A DNA stretch of 64,000 nucleotides from Akkermansia muciniphila. Its GTDB lineage: Bacteria > Verrucomicrobiota > Verrucomicrobiia > Limisphaerales > UBA9464. Within the stretch, counting starts at the first letter, position 1. Each line of letters opens with the position of its first letter. The notes under the pieces are model-generated. The model made no database searches and was not told the origin of the DNA. It saw nothing but the letters and a program-made list of their open reading frames with translations. Positions 51,191 to 59,678 of this stretch are shown one piece after another. A program made the position numbers and the translations under genes. The stretch covers positions 668 through 64,667 of the forward strand of contig CAMDGV010000011.1 of the NCBI GenBank assembly GCA_945898055.1, written 5' to 3'.

Positions 51191-52161
51191 TAGAGGCGAG
51201 GGTTCATTTGAAGCATGAGCCGTCGCTGAAGATCCTCGGCTGGATTGACTCCATTAAGCTTCAGCTTGGTATGGAAAGCCGCCACTTCAATTAGCCGAGC
51301 GATGTCGCGTCCGGGTCGCACCGGTAGATCCATATGAGCGACCTGAAGACCCAAAAGGTCGACATAGTTCTGGTCGAGACCGAGGCGATCAATTTCGCCG
51401 GCCTTGTCCCAAGATTTAAGAGTGACAACCAGATCGACGCGCATTTCTGAACGGATAGCCGCGATACCAAAAAGAGAAGCGACATCGATAATGCCTATCC
51501 CACGGACTTCCATGAGATTCCGAGTAATGGCTTTGCCAGTGCCCACCAGCTCGCGTCCGTCTTGGATCGTGAGGCAGACAATATCATCGCAGACGAGGCT
51601 ATGACCGCGTTCGAGGAGGCCGAGAACTGCCTCGCTTTTCCCAATACCACTTTCGCCTTGAATGATGACTCCAATGCCTTGGATATCGACCATGCAACCG
51701 TGGATTTGAGTCTTAGGTGCAAATAGATTTTCTAGCGCGAGAGTTGCTAGATTGATGAACTTCATGGTGACCAGACCCGTTTGAAAAACTGGAACATTTT
51801 GTTCTTCAGCAGTCTGGATCATTTTCTTGTCAGCCTCGATATTGCGACAAAGAACGACGCAAGGGATTCGTTGACGAAAGAGTTGAGAATAGCGCTGATG
51901 CCGAGTCTCGGAAGGGAGAGAGCGAAGGTAAGATGTTTCGACATTGCCGATGACTTGGACCCGTTTTCCTGCGAAGTAGCGATGAAATCCAGCGAGGACG
52001 AGTCCAGGTCGATTGACGGTAGGCTCAAGAATCGTGCGGTTGAGTCCGCCTGCACCCGCAATCAATTGAAGACCAAGTGGAGTAGCGTGATTAGTGTAAA
52101 ATCGGTCCACCGTTACCTCGGGCAAGGGTACTGATTTAGAGGTTGAGGACGGTGTTTTCAC
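51190..52161 (-). CDS. hprK: HPr kinase/phosphorylase
   Basis: Walker A GESGIGKSE followed by LGLLERGHSLVCDDIV, and the C-terminal capping region MEVRGIGIIDV. Confidence 0.92.
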   Translation of the reverse strand: MKTPSSTSKSVPLPEVTVDRFYTNHATPLGLQLIAGAGGLNRTILEPTVNRPGLVLAGFHRYFAGKRVQVIGNVETSYLRSLPSETRHQRYSQLFRQRIPCVVLCRNIEADKKMIQTAEEQNVPVFQTGLVTMKFINLATLALENLFAPKTQIHGCMVDIQGIGVIIQGESGIGKSEAVLGLLERGHSLVCDDIVCLTIQDGRELVGTGKAITRNLMEVRGIGIIDVASLFGIAAIRSEMRVDLVVTLKSWDKAGEIDRLGLDQNYVDLLGLQVAHMDLPVRPGRDIARLIEVAAFHTKLKLNGVNPAEDLQRRLMLQMNPRL

Positions 52162-52928
52162 ATGTTGAATTCCGGACCGAGATAGATCGCTCGCGATTGC
52201 GCATCTTGAACGAGAAATTCAGCAGAACCTGAGGCAAGCACTTGACCTTGATGAATCACATAGGCGCGGTCCACCAAGCGGAGAGTTTCACGGACATTGT
52301 GGTCGGTGATTAGAATTCCGAGACCACGGTCTCGAAGGCGACGAACAATTTTTTGAACCTCGTAGACTGCAATGGGATCGATCCCAGCGAAAGGTTCGTC
52401 GAGTAAGAGTATTTGGGGGGAAGTGACCAAGGCTCGGGTGATTTCGAGTCGGCGTTTTTCACCACCGCTGAGTTGGTAGGCGTAGCTCTTGGCTAGACGC
52501 GTCAGATCGAGTTCTTCCAGCAGATAAGCGAGCCGTGTCTTACGTTCTTCCGAGGAGCCATCACAGGTCTCAAGGATCGCGAACAAATTCTGTTCGACGG
52601 TTAATTTTCTGAAGACACTGGGTTCTTGAGTGAGGTAGCCGACACCTAATCGAGCACGTCGGTGCATCGGCAGATCGGTGATATCGCGACCCTTCAGCAA
52701 AACAGTGCCCTCATCGGGTTGGACTTGCCCGACGATCATCCCAAATGAGGTGGTTTTCCCGGCACCATTGGGACCGAGCAATCCCACGACCTCTCCGGCG
52801 GCGACATGAATAGAAATGTTATTGACCACCCGTCGACCGCGATAAGCCTTTACCAGTTTAGATGCTTCGAGAAGGTAGGGTCCACCGTCGGCCGGAGTCT
52901 TTCCCAAAGTGAGAGGCGCAGCAGGCAT
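52158..52928 (-). CDS. lptB: LPS export ABC transporter ATP-binding protein
   Basis: GPNGAGKTT, LSGGEKRRLEITRAL and LLLDEPFAGIDP motifs. Its position after the lptC-like and lptA-like genes supports the call. Confidence 0.92.
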   Translation of the reverse strand: MPAAPLTLGKTPADGGPYLLEASKLVKAYRGRRVVNNISIHVAAGEVVGLLGPNGAGKTTSFGMIVGQVQPDEGTVLLKGRDITDLPMHRRARLGVGYLTQEPSVFRKLTVEQNLFAILETCDGSSEERKTRLAYLLEELDLTRLAKSYAYQLSGGEKRRLEITRALVTSPQILLLDEPFAGIDPIAVYEVQKIVRRLRDRGLGILITDHNVRETLRLVDRAYVIHQGQVLASGSAEFLVQDAQSRAIYLGPEFNM

Positions 52929-52932
52929 CGGA

Positions 52933-53496
52933 TCAACGTTTAGGCGAGGGGGAAACGCTCTGATTAAAGAGGATCGATTTCTTGAGAATATCCGACCTCA
53001 ATTCAATACGGTAGGGACCTCTGTTGCGCATACTGCGCGTCTTGAGATCATAGATAAGAGCTTCTGTGCCGATCATAGTGCCACTGGGAGTTTCAATGCG
53101 GGGATTTCCAGTGAGAATAAGAACCTCATTGGTGGCTCCATATTCGGCCTGATTACCGAAGGCACGGACAATGTTGGTGAGGCCGCCAGTCCCTTTTTGG
53201 TAGAGTTCAATTTGAACATTGCCCGTTGCGATCAGGGATTGGAGACGTCCAGCGGGTGCTCCGTTGGAGGTTGTTGTTACTGATTTATCTTGAGGCACAG
53301 TAGCGCGGAGATCGTCGCATTTGAGACTGAGTACGCCAGGGGACTCGACTCGAACATGATCCCAGAGATGGTAGGTTCCATCCTGAAACTCCAAGACGGC
53401 ATTGGTTGCGGTCAGGTGGATGTTCTCTTGAAGTTGTGCCAACGCCTTAGAGAAAAGTCCCAAGCAAGTGAAAAGTAGGGCAACGTATCGGATCAT
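52933..53496 (-). CDS. lptA: LptA/OstA-like periplasmic protein
   Basis: Signal peptide, repetitive beta-strand pattern (ILTGNPRIETPSGTMIGTEALIYDLKT), and gene order. Confidence 0.65.
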   Translation of the reverse strand: MIRYVALLFTCLGLFSKALAQLQENIHLTATNAVLEFQDGTYHLWDHVRVESPGVLSLKCDDLRATVPQDKSVTTTSNGAPAGRLQSLIATGNVQIELYQKGTGGLTNIVRAFGNQAEYGATNEVLILTGNPRIETPSGTMIGTEALIYDLKTRSMRNRGPYRIELRSDILKKSILFNQSVSPSPKR

Positions 53497-53993
53497 TTTG
53501 CGGGTGATTTAGTTTGGACAAGCGAGGACCGGATCTGAATCCGAACGTCATTGGAAACAATTAGGCGTTGGTGGGCGTTCTCGAAAATAAAACCAACCCC
53601 GGAGACGCTGAGTCCGTCGGCCTCTCGGCGGGCGGTAAACGGACCGGTTGATGAGGCATCACGCGATGAAATGTTCACTCGGCAGCGGGGTGATTCGATG
53701 ATGAAATCTTGGCGCTCGTCGGGGCGGAAAGTCTCCAAACGGAGGTTAGAAACATCCCAAGTCGAGGGTATAAGTCCACCTTGGGTTGCCTTATCAGGGA
53801 TAGCTTCTGAGGAAGAAAAGCGGACCTGAATTCGACCCGAAGGACCGTCACGGAGGCTGATGCCCCAATTACGAATGGCGCCGGTGGATGGGGCCAAGTC
53901 CGGTGGCTGGGCACCGGTAGCCAAGGCTATGAGCAGTCCTACCGCGAGAAAGGGGCTGTTCGATCGTTTCAACACAACTAGTCTTGGAACCAA
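53493..53993 (-). CDS. LptC-like membrane-anchored protein
   Basis: N-terminal anchor. It overlaps the lptA-like start by 4 nt and sits between kdsC and lptA. The call is mainly positional. Confidence 0.45.
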   Translation of the reverse strand: MVPRLVVLKRSNSPFLAVGLLIALATGAQPPDLAPSTGAIRNWGISLRDGPSGRIQVRFSSSEAIPDKATQGGLIPSTWDVSNLRLETFRPDERQDFIIESPRCRVNISSRDASSTGPFTARREADGLSVSGVGFIFENAHQRLIVSNDVRIQIRSSLVQTKSPAK

Positions 53994-54002
53994 GGTGCCC
54001 AG

Positions 54003-54536
54003 TTAGGAAGTGAATTTCGCAACAATACGATCCCAATGACCTTGAGCCTTCAGGATCAGATCGGTGACTTCACGCACGGCACCGCGTCCGCCGGGATGCT
54101 GGGAAACGAAATGGGCCAAGGCCTGTGCTTCGGAAATGGCGTCGGCCGGAACGGTGGCGAAGCCTGCCCGCTTTAAGACACCGAGGTCGACAACATCGTC
54201 GCCCATGTAATGGACGTCCTCCCACTGAAGTCCGATTTCACTGAGAAGCGCTTCGATCACTTCGACTTTGGGAGTCGCTGATTGGCGGAGAAAATCGACC
54301 TGAAGATCAGCGGCCCGCATCGAGGTGGCGTGACTCTGGCGAGCGGAGATCCATCCTACACGAATTGCGGCCTCCGACTGAAGAAGCCGAAGGCCTAAGC
54401 CATCGCGAATATGAAAGGTTTTGCTCTCAATTCCGCCTCCCATAATGACGTTAGTCTCAGTGAGAACTCCGTCGACGTCACAGAGAAAAAGCCGAACCCG
54501 TCGGGCCCTAGCGATCAGATCGTCAGTTAACAGCAT
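54003..54536 (-). CDS. kdsC: KDO 8-phosphate phosphatase (HAD IIIA)
   Basis: LFLCDVDGVLT, IRDGLGLRLL and YMGDDVVDL motifs. The internal ATG at 54536 is preferred. Confidence 0.85.
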   Translation of the reverse strand: MLLTDDLIARARRVRLFLCDVDGVLTETNVIMGGGIESKTFHIRDGLGLRLLQSEAAIRVGWISARQSHATSMRAADLQVDFLRQSATPKVEVIEALLSEIGLQWEDVHYMGDDVVDLGVLKRAGFATVPADAISEAQALAHFVSQHPGGRGAVREVTDLILKAQGHWDRIVAKFTS

Positions 54537-54737
54537 TCTGGAGATACTCCGAAATGTAGGCTCAAGGAGCAAACAGCAAAGCGCCTTGGTTTTTAGGGGC
54601 GGCGGCTCAGGTCGGACTCTACCCAAGCTGGCCAGAGGAACACGCTGAACCGCCGTTCATCCTAGGCACAATGAACTTGCCCCCTGCTGAACTTCAGTCC
54701 TCGATCGCCAAATATCAGACTCTTCCTTGTATTAACC

Positions 54738-56402
54738 TCACCGACTCGGTTCAACAATCTCGACAATTCGATCAATCAAAGGGTTTTTAATTAGCTGTGT
54801 CTTACCGCCGATCCAACGAACCTCAATGCGGTCAACTTGGGCCCGCTGCCCCAGTCCAAAGTGCGGATAAAAACCAAAATGGCTTTGATAGCCGCGGCCA
54901 CTGTGAACTTCATCGATGAGGCTTAAATCACCCGAAATGATCCGAACAGAAGCGCCAACTCCATTTCGATTGCCATGGGTTCCTTTTAACCGGATTCCCA
55001 GCCAATGATTTTTTGGTGCCGAATCGTTCCGCAGCAGAGTCGGTCCCGCGCGACTATTGTTAATGACCACATCCACATCCCCATCATTATCCAAGTCATC
55101 AAAAGCGGCCCCGCGACTGCTGCTCAAGACCCCAAGCCCATCCCCAGCACTAGCAGATATATCTGTAAACTTACCTCTACCATTATTGGCCAGAATTATA
55201 CTACGCGCAGCGTAAATGCCCGTATCATCCCATTGCGCAATATTGTCCTGCAAATGGCCGCAGGCTATAAAAATATCTCTGAATCCATCGTTGTTAAAGT
55301 CCACAAATCCATTTCCCCACTCGACCTGATTATAAGTCCCTAAACCGCCTCCGGTCCGGGCAGTCACATCGGAAAAAAGCCCCATGCCATCATTATGATA
55401 TAAAAGGGCCCACTGTTTTTGATAAGAGGTCATGTGGAAATCTAATCTCCCATCATTATCGTAATCAGCACAATCCACACCCATTGTTCCTTGACCTACT
55501 CCATTTGAGTCGTAAGCCAGTCCCGAAAGAAGACTCACCTGCTTAAAATTCCCTCGGCCATCATTTTCCCAAACAAAATTCTCCATTGAATCATTACCAA
55601 CGACAATATCGGTATCACCGTCTTGATCATAGTCAGCGCAGACCACGCCCATAGCCATTCCAGGGTGAGACGCAATTCCAGAAGTACTACTGACATCAGT
55701 AAAAGTCCCATTACCATTATTCCGAAATAAAAAAGAGGGAATCGGTCCGTAGGTTGCAGGGCCCACATAGGCTGGAAATCCGTTTACCAAGCGGGTTTGA
55801 TGTTTGTTCAGTGAGAAATTAATATAGTTTCCGACGAAAAGATCTAAATCACCATCGCCATCCATATCCAAAAAACAGGCTCCGGCACCGACATGATCAC
55901 CCACCCCAACCCCGCTTGGCTGGGTGACGTCTGAAAATGTCCCATTTCCATTATTTTTATATAGTCTATTTGAACCGTAATTATTTAAATAAATATCAAG
56001 GTGCCCATCATTATCGTAGTCGCCGATACAAACGCCGAGATTATAACCACAATTAGTTAAACCTGAAGCCCGCGTGACATCCTCAAACTTGAATCCACCC
56101 AAGTTTTTATGTAAGGCGCAGTTGGATCGTAATTTATTTGTAGATAGGCCAGGTAGCGGTGTTCCATTCAAGAACAGAATATCAATCTTGCCGTCACTAT
56201 CAAAATCAAATGTGGCAACGCCTGATGCAACTGTTTCGACAATATAGCGCCGACCTGAACTCCCGTCAGAATGAGTAAATTTAATCCCAGTCTCCGCCGT
56301 AACATTCTTAATTTGAATAGGGGATAGGTTTTCTGCAGCGAGATAAATCAGTGAATAGCATCCCGCGAGTAAAAAATTAAATGTGAAATAAAATCGAGGC
56401 AT
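54738..56402 (-). CDS. CRTAC1-family protein (FG-GAP/VCBS repeats plus ASPIC/UnbV C-terminal domain)
   Basis: Repeated DxDxDGxxD motifs (DFDSDGKIDILF, DYDNDGHLDIY, DMDGDGDLDLF, DYDQDGDTDIV). C-terminal NRNGVGASVRI...HSGRGYQS. Confidence 0.85.
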   Translation of the reverse strand: MPRFYFTFNFLLAGCYSLIYLAAENLSPIQIKNVTAETGIKFTHSDGSSGRRYIVETVASGVATFDFDSDGKIDILFLNGTPLPGLSTNKLRSNCALHKNLGGFKFEDVTRASGLTNCGYNLGVCIGDYDNDGHLDIYLNNYGSNRLYKNNGNGTFSDVTQPSGVGVGDHVGAGACFLDMDGDGDLDLFVGNYINFSLNKHQTRLVNGFPAYVGPATYGPIPSFLFRNNGNGTFTDVSSTSGIASHPGMAMGVVCADYDQDGDTDIVVGNDSMENFVWENDGRGNFKQVSLLSGLAYDSNGVGQGTMGVDCADYDNDGRLDFHMTSYQKQWALLYHNDGMGLFSDVTARTGGGLGTYNQVEWGNGFVDFNNDGFRDIFIACGHLQDNIAQWDDTGIYAARSIILANNGRGKFTDISASAGDGLGVLSSSRGAAFDDLDNDGDVDVVINNSRAGPTLLRNDSAPKNHWLGIRLKGTHGNRNGVGASVRIISGDLSLIDEVHSGRGYQSHFGFYPHFGLGQRAQVDRIEVRWIGGKTQLIKNPLIDRIVEIVEPSR

Positions 56403-56438
56403 GGAGGCTTACAAATATAAATTTCAGACAGAAGATTC

Positions 56439-58145
56439 TTATTTATTTGCAGGAATGACGCTAAAATGGGTCTGGCCTTCAGTCACTACGATTTGGCAGT
56501 TGACTGGAATTGAATGTAAAACATCCTCGGTCCCACCGATCCATTTTACGTGTAATTCAGAGATCTTTTTTCGCTGACCTAACCCAAAGTGGAGCCGTTT
56601 TCCGAAGTCACTTTGGTAACTTCTTCCACTGTGCACCTCAGCAATTTGGGTAAAGCCATCGGCCGTAATTTTAGCCCGAGCACCCACGCCGTCGCGGTTG
56701 GTCTTAGACCCAATTAACCGAATCTGAAGCCAATTATTTGTATTCTTTGAATCATTTCTAAGGAGTGTCGGTATACTTCGGGAATTAAGGATAACAGCGT
56801 CAATATCGCCGTCGTTATCTAGATCATCAAACACAGCACCACGACTGCTAAATTCCGGGGACATTCCGTCGCCACTCGAGTCGGATACATTGATAAAATT
56901 ACCTCGTCTGTTGTTTTCCAGAAGAATATTTTTTGCTCGATAATGAGTAGATGAATCAAATTTCTCAACGGAATCAATAAGGTGTCCGCATGCGATATAG
57001 ATATCTCGAAATCCGTCGTTATTAAAGTCAATAAGACCCGTGCCCCAAGTTACTTGAGGAAAAGTACCTAATCCAGCCCCAGTAGAACGTGTTACATCGT
57101 CAAAGAATTGACCGGCATGATTTTGGTAAAGTGTAGAAAATTGTCTGTGATATGTGGTAATATAAAAATCGAGCCATCCATCGTTATTCCAGTCAGCGCA
57201 GTCAATTCCCATATTTCCTTGGACATTTCCGTAGGGATCATAAGCAAGGCCCAGTAGCCCGGCATTTTCGGTAAATTTACCCTTTCCATCGTTGATAAAA
57301 ACCGAGTTGGCCCGAAGATCATTGGCGATAATGATATCTGTATCGCCGTCGTTATCAATATCTGCGGCAACGACTCCCATTCCCGATGATTTAATTAGAC
57401 CTATCCCCGATTCAAAGCTGATATCGGTAAAGGTTCCGTTGCCATTATTCTTATAGAGTCGATTTGAGGTGGGAGGATATTGGAGAGGACCTACATAGGT
57501 TTGGAATCCGTTCATAACCGAACTTTTATTTGCTTGAAGCGTAAATTGGACATAGCTGCCCGCAAAGAGATCGAGGTCTCCATCGCCGTCAATATCTAAA
57601 AAGCAGACCCCGGCGCCAACATGATCTCCGAAACCGACTCCGGCTCTTTTAGTGACGTCGGTGAAAGTTCCGTTGCCATTGTTTTGGTAAAGAATATTAG
57701 ATCCAAAGTTGCTTAAATAAATATCGAGGTCCCCATCGTTATCGTAGTCGGCGGTGCAGACACCCAAGTGGTAAGCGTTGTCTGTCAAGCCAGCTTGAAT
57801 TGTGACATCTTTGAATTTAAAAGAGCCTTGATTTTGGTAGAGAGCGTTTCTTGAGTTGGTAGTTTCTTTGGGATTTGGAGTTAGATTAGCTCCATTTAGA
57901 AAGAGGATATCAATGAGGCCATCTCCGTTAAAATCAAATGTAGCTAATCCAGAGGCGACAGTTTCGACTATAAAAAATTTACCAGAGTTTCCATCAGTGT
58001 GAGTAAATGAAATTCCACTCTGCTGCGTCCTATCTTTTAGATGAATAGAGGACGTAGAAGGAGTTGAGATTTCGGCTGACAATAAGAGGATTGGAATAAA
58101 TCCGAGGGCAATTAAGTACGTTCTAAGTTTTAACACTCGCGCCAT
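56439..58145 (-). CDS. CRTAC1-family protein, tandem paralog
   Basis: Same architecture as 54738..56402 and colinear with it (IVETVASGLATFDFNGDGLIDILFLNG ... NRDGVGARAKI...HSGRSYQS). Confidence 0.85.
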   Translation of the reverse strand: MARVLKLRTYLIALGFIPILLLSAEISTPSTSSIHLKDRTQQSGISFTHTDGNSGKFFIVETVASGLATFDFNGDGLIDILFLNGANLTPNPKETTNSRNALYQNQGSFKFKDVTIQAGLTDNAYHLGVCTADYDNDGDLDIYLSNFGSNILYQNNGNGTFTDVTKRAGVGFGDHVGAGVCFLDIDGDGDLDLFAGSYVQFTLQANKSSVMNGFQTYVGPLQYPPTSNRLYKNNGNGTFTDISFESGIGLIKSSGMGVVAADIDNDGDTDIIIANDLRANSVFINDGKGKFTENAGLLGLAYDPYGNVQGNMGIDCADWNNDGWLDFYITTYHRQFSTLYQNHAGQFFDDVTRSTGAGLGTFPQVTWGTGLIDFNNDGFRDIYIACGHLIDSVEKFDSSTHYRAKNILLENNRRGNFINVSDSSGDGMSPEFSSRGAVFDDLDNDGDIDAVILNSRSIPTLLRNDSKNTNNWLQIRLIGSKTNRDGVGARAKITADGFTQIAEVHSGRSYQSDFGKRLHFGLGQRKKISELHVKWIGGTEDVLHSIPVNCQIVVTEGQTHFSVIPANK

Positions 58146-58154
58146 AGAATAATG

Positions 58155-59534
58155 TTAGTCGTGTTTCTGGATCAGAGACTTTAGTTTTTGATAACGAGCT
58201 TCAGTCGGGTTTTTTTGTAACGCTGCGTTGATTGCATCTAGGGCGTTTTGTTTATCGCTATTTTTTGCGCAAGCCAGAGCCAGAAGGTAGAAATGGGGGC
58301 CGGTCGGATGGAGGGCAACGAGGTTCTGGAATTGGGCGATGGAGTTTGGAAATTGAGTGGGGGATTTGAGGTAGAGTTCGCCCAAGGCGCGGTAGCCTTC
58401 GGGTAAGTTAGGGGCGAGTTGTTGCACTTTTTTGAAGGAGATTTCGGCCGCGGCGAGTTGGACGGCCTTGACTTGGAATCGGCCGAGGAACAGATGGTTG
58501 AGATAGTTTGTGGGGTTCGATTGGAGAAGCGATAGAAAGGTGCTAAGACCTTCGTTGGTCTGTTGTCTCTGGAGATAAATGGATTCGAGAGCGGCTCGGT
58601 ACGAGGGCGTCGAGTCGTCGAGTTGAGCGGCTTTTAGCAGGAGGCGTGTTGCTTCGTCGAGTTGAGCGTGCGAGCGGTAGAGTTGAGCGGCACCGGCAAG
58701 GGTCCGTGCGACGGTTTCCCGGACGAAGGGAAGGCCGGTGAGGGTGTCCTTTTGACTGCTACGATCAGTGAGAGATTGGCGATCAATGCTTTCGAGACGT
58801 ATAAATTCTTTTTGATATTGGCGCCCTTCATTGGTTTGACCGAGACGCATTGATGCGGTGAAGAGCCCGAAAAAGGCTTGGGTATGGTCGGGAGTTTGTT
58901 GGGTTGCTTGGAGAAAACTGAGGCGTGCGGACGAATAATCACCGGCTTGGAGAAGCGATTGGCCCAAGAGAAAGTGACTTTGTGAGGGGGCATCTGGAAG
59001 TTGCACAGCTTGACGGAAAGTGGATTGAGCTTGAGCGGTTTTGCCGAGGTCCAGTTGGGCTTTTCCGAGGCGATTAAGAATATCAGGATCTGCTGGGCCT
59101 CGTCTAAGAGTCTCATGATAGAGTCGGATACTTTCTTCTGGATCCCCTTTTTCGTAGGCGATTCGGGCTTGAATTTCGTAAATGTCCGCTTGATTTGGAC
59201 TCAGTTCGAGGCTGCGTTTTAGGTGGACGGCGGCGTTGTCGGCTTGGCCGATATTGTAATAAGCCGAACCGAGAAGAGCATAGCTGAGAGGGTCATCAGG
59301 ATATTTCTGAATAAACTGTTTAGCGACCGCGAGAGCCTCGGATTTGAGAGCGGCAGACTCGAGTTGATAGGATGCTATATCTGAGGGGCCTTGGGGAGGA
59401 GCCGTCTCGGCTAGGTTGGAGGAAGAGTCTGTATTGGATTGGTTCTCAGCGAAGAGCGAGGGTGTGCAGAGATAGGAAAGAAGACACACGACGAAGCCCC
59501 AAAGCAGGCGGGAAAAAATTTGAGTGCAATTCAC
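58155..59534 (-). CDS. TPR-repeat protein (secreted or lipoprotein-like)
   Basis: Signal-like N-terminus and about 10 TPR-like units throughout. It heads the CRTAC1 gene pair, 10 nt upstream. Confidence 0.8.
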   Translation of the reverse strand: MNCTQIFSRLLWGFVVCLLSYLCTPSLFAENQSNTDSSSNLAETAPPQGPSDIASYQLESAALKSEALAVAKQFIQKYPDDPLSYALLGSAYYNIGQADNAAVHLKRSLELSPNQADIYEIQARIAYEKGDPEESIRLYHETLRRGPADPDILNRLGKAQLDLGKTAQAQSTFRQAVQLPDAPSQSHFLLGQSLLQAGDYSSARLSFLQATQQTPDHTQAFFGLFTASMRLGQTNEGRQYQKEFIRLESIDRQSLTDRSSQKDTLTGLPFVRETVARTLAGAAQLYRSHAQLDEATRLLLKAAQLDDSTPSYRAALESIYLQRQQTNEGLSTFLSLLQSNPTNYLNHLFLGRFQVKAVQLAAAEISFKKVQQLAPNLPEGYRALGELYLKSPTQFPNSIAQFQNLVALHPTGPHFYLLALACAKNSDKQNALDAINAALQKNPTEARYQKLKSLIQKHD

Positions 59535-59678
59535 AAGACAGATCGGCTCAAGCGCAGAGAGATTAACCTAGAAGAGCGTGTCAGGCCCTATTTTTTCTTT
59601 CACTAAAATTAAACAGCGAGCGAGCTTAATTATAAAATAACCAGTCAAAGATTGGGGTTGGCTTTAAGAATTTGAACG

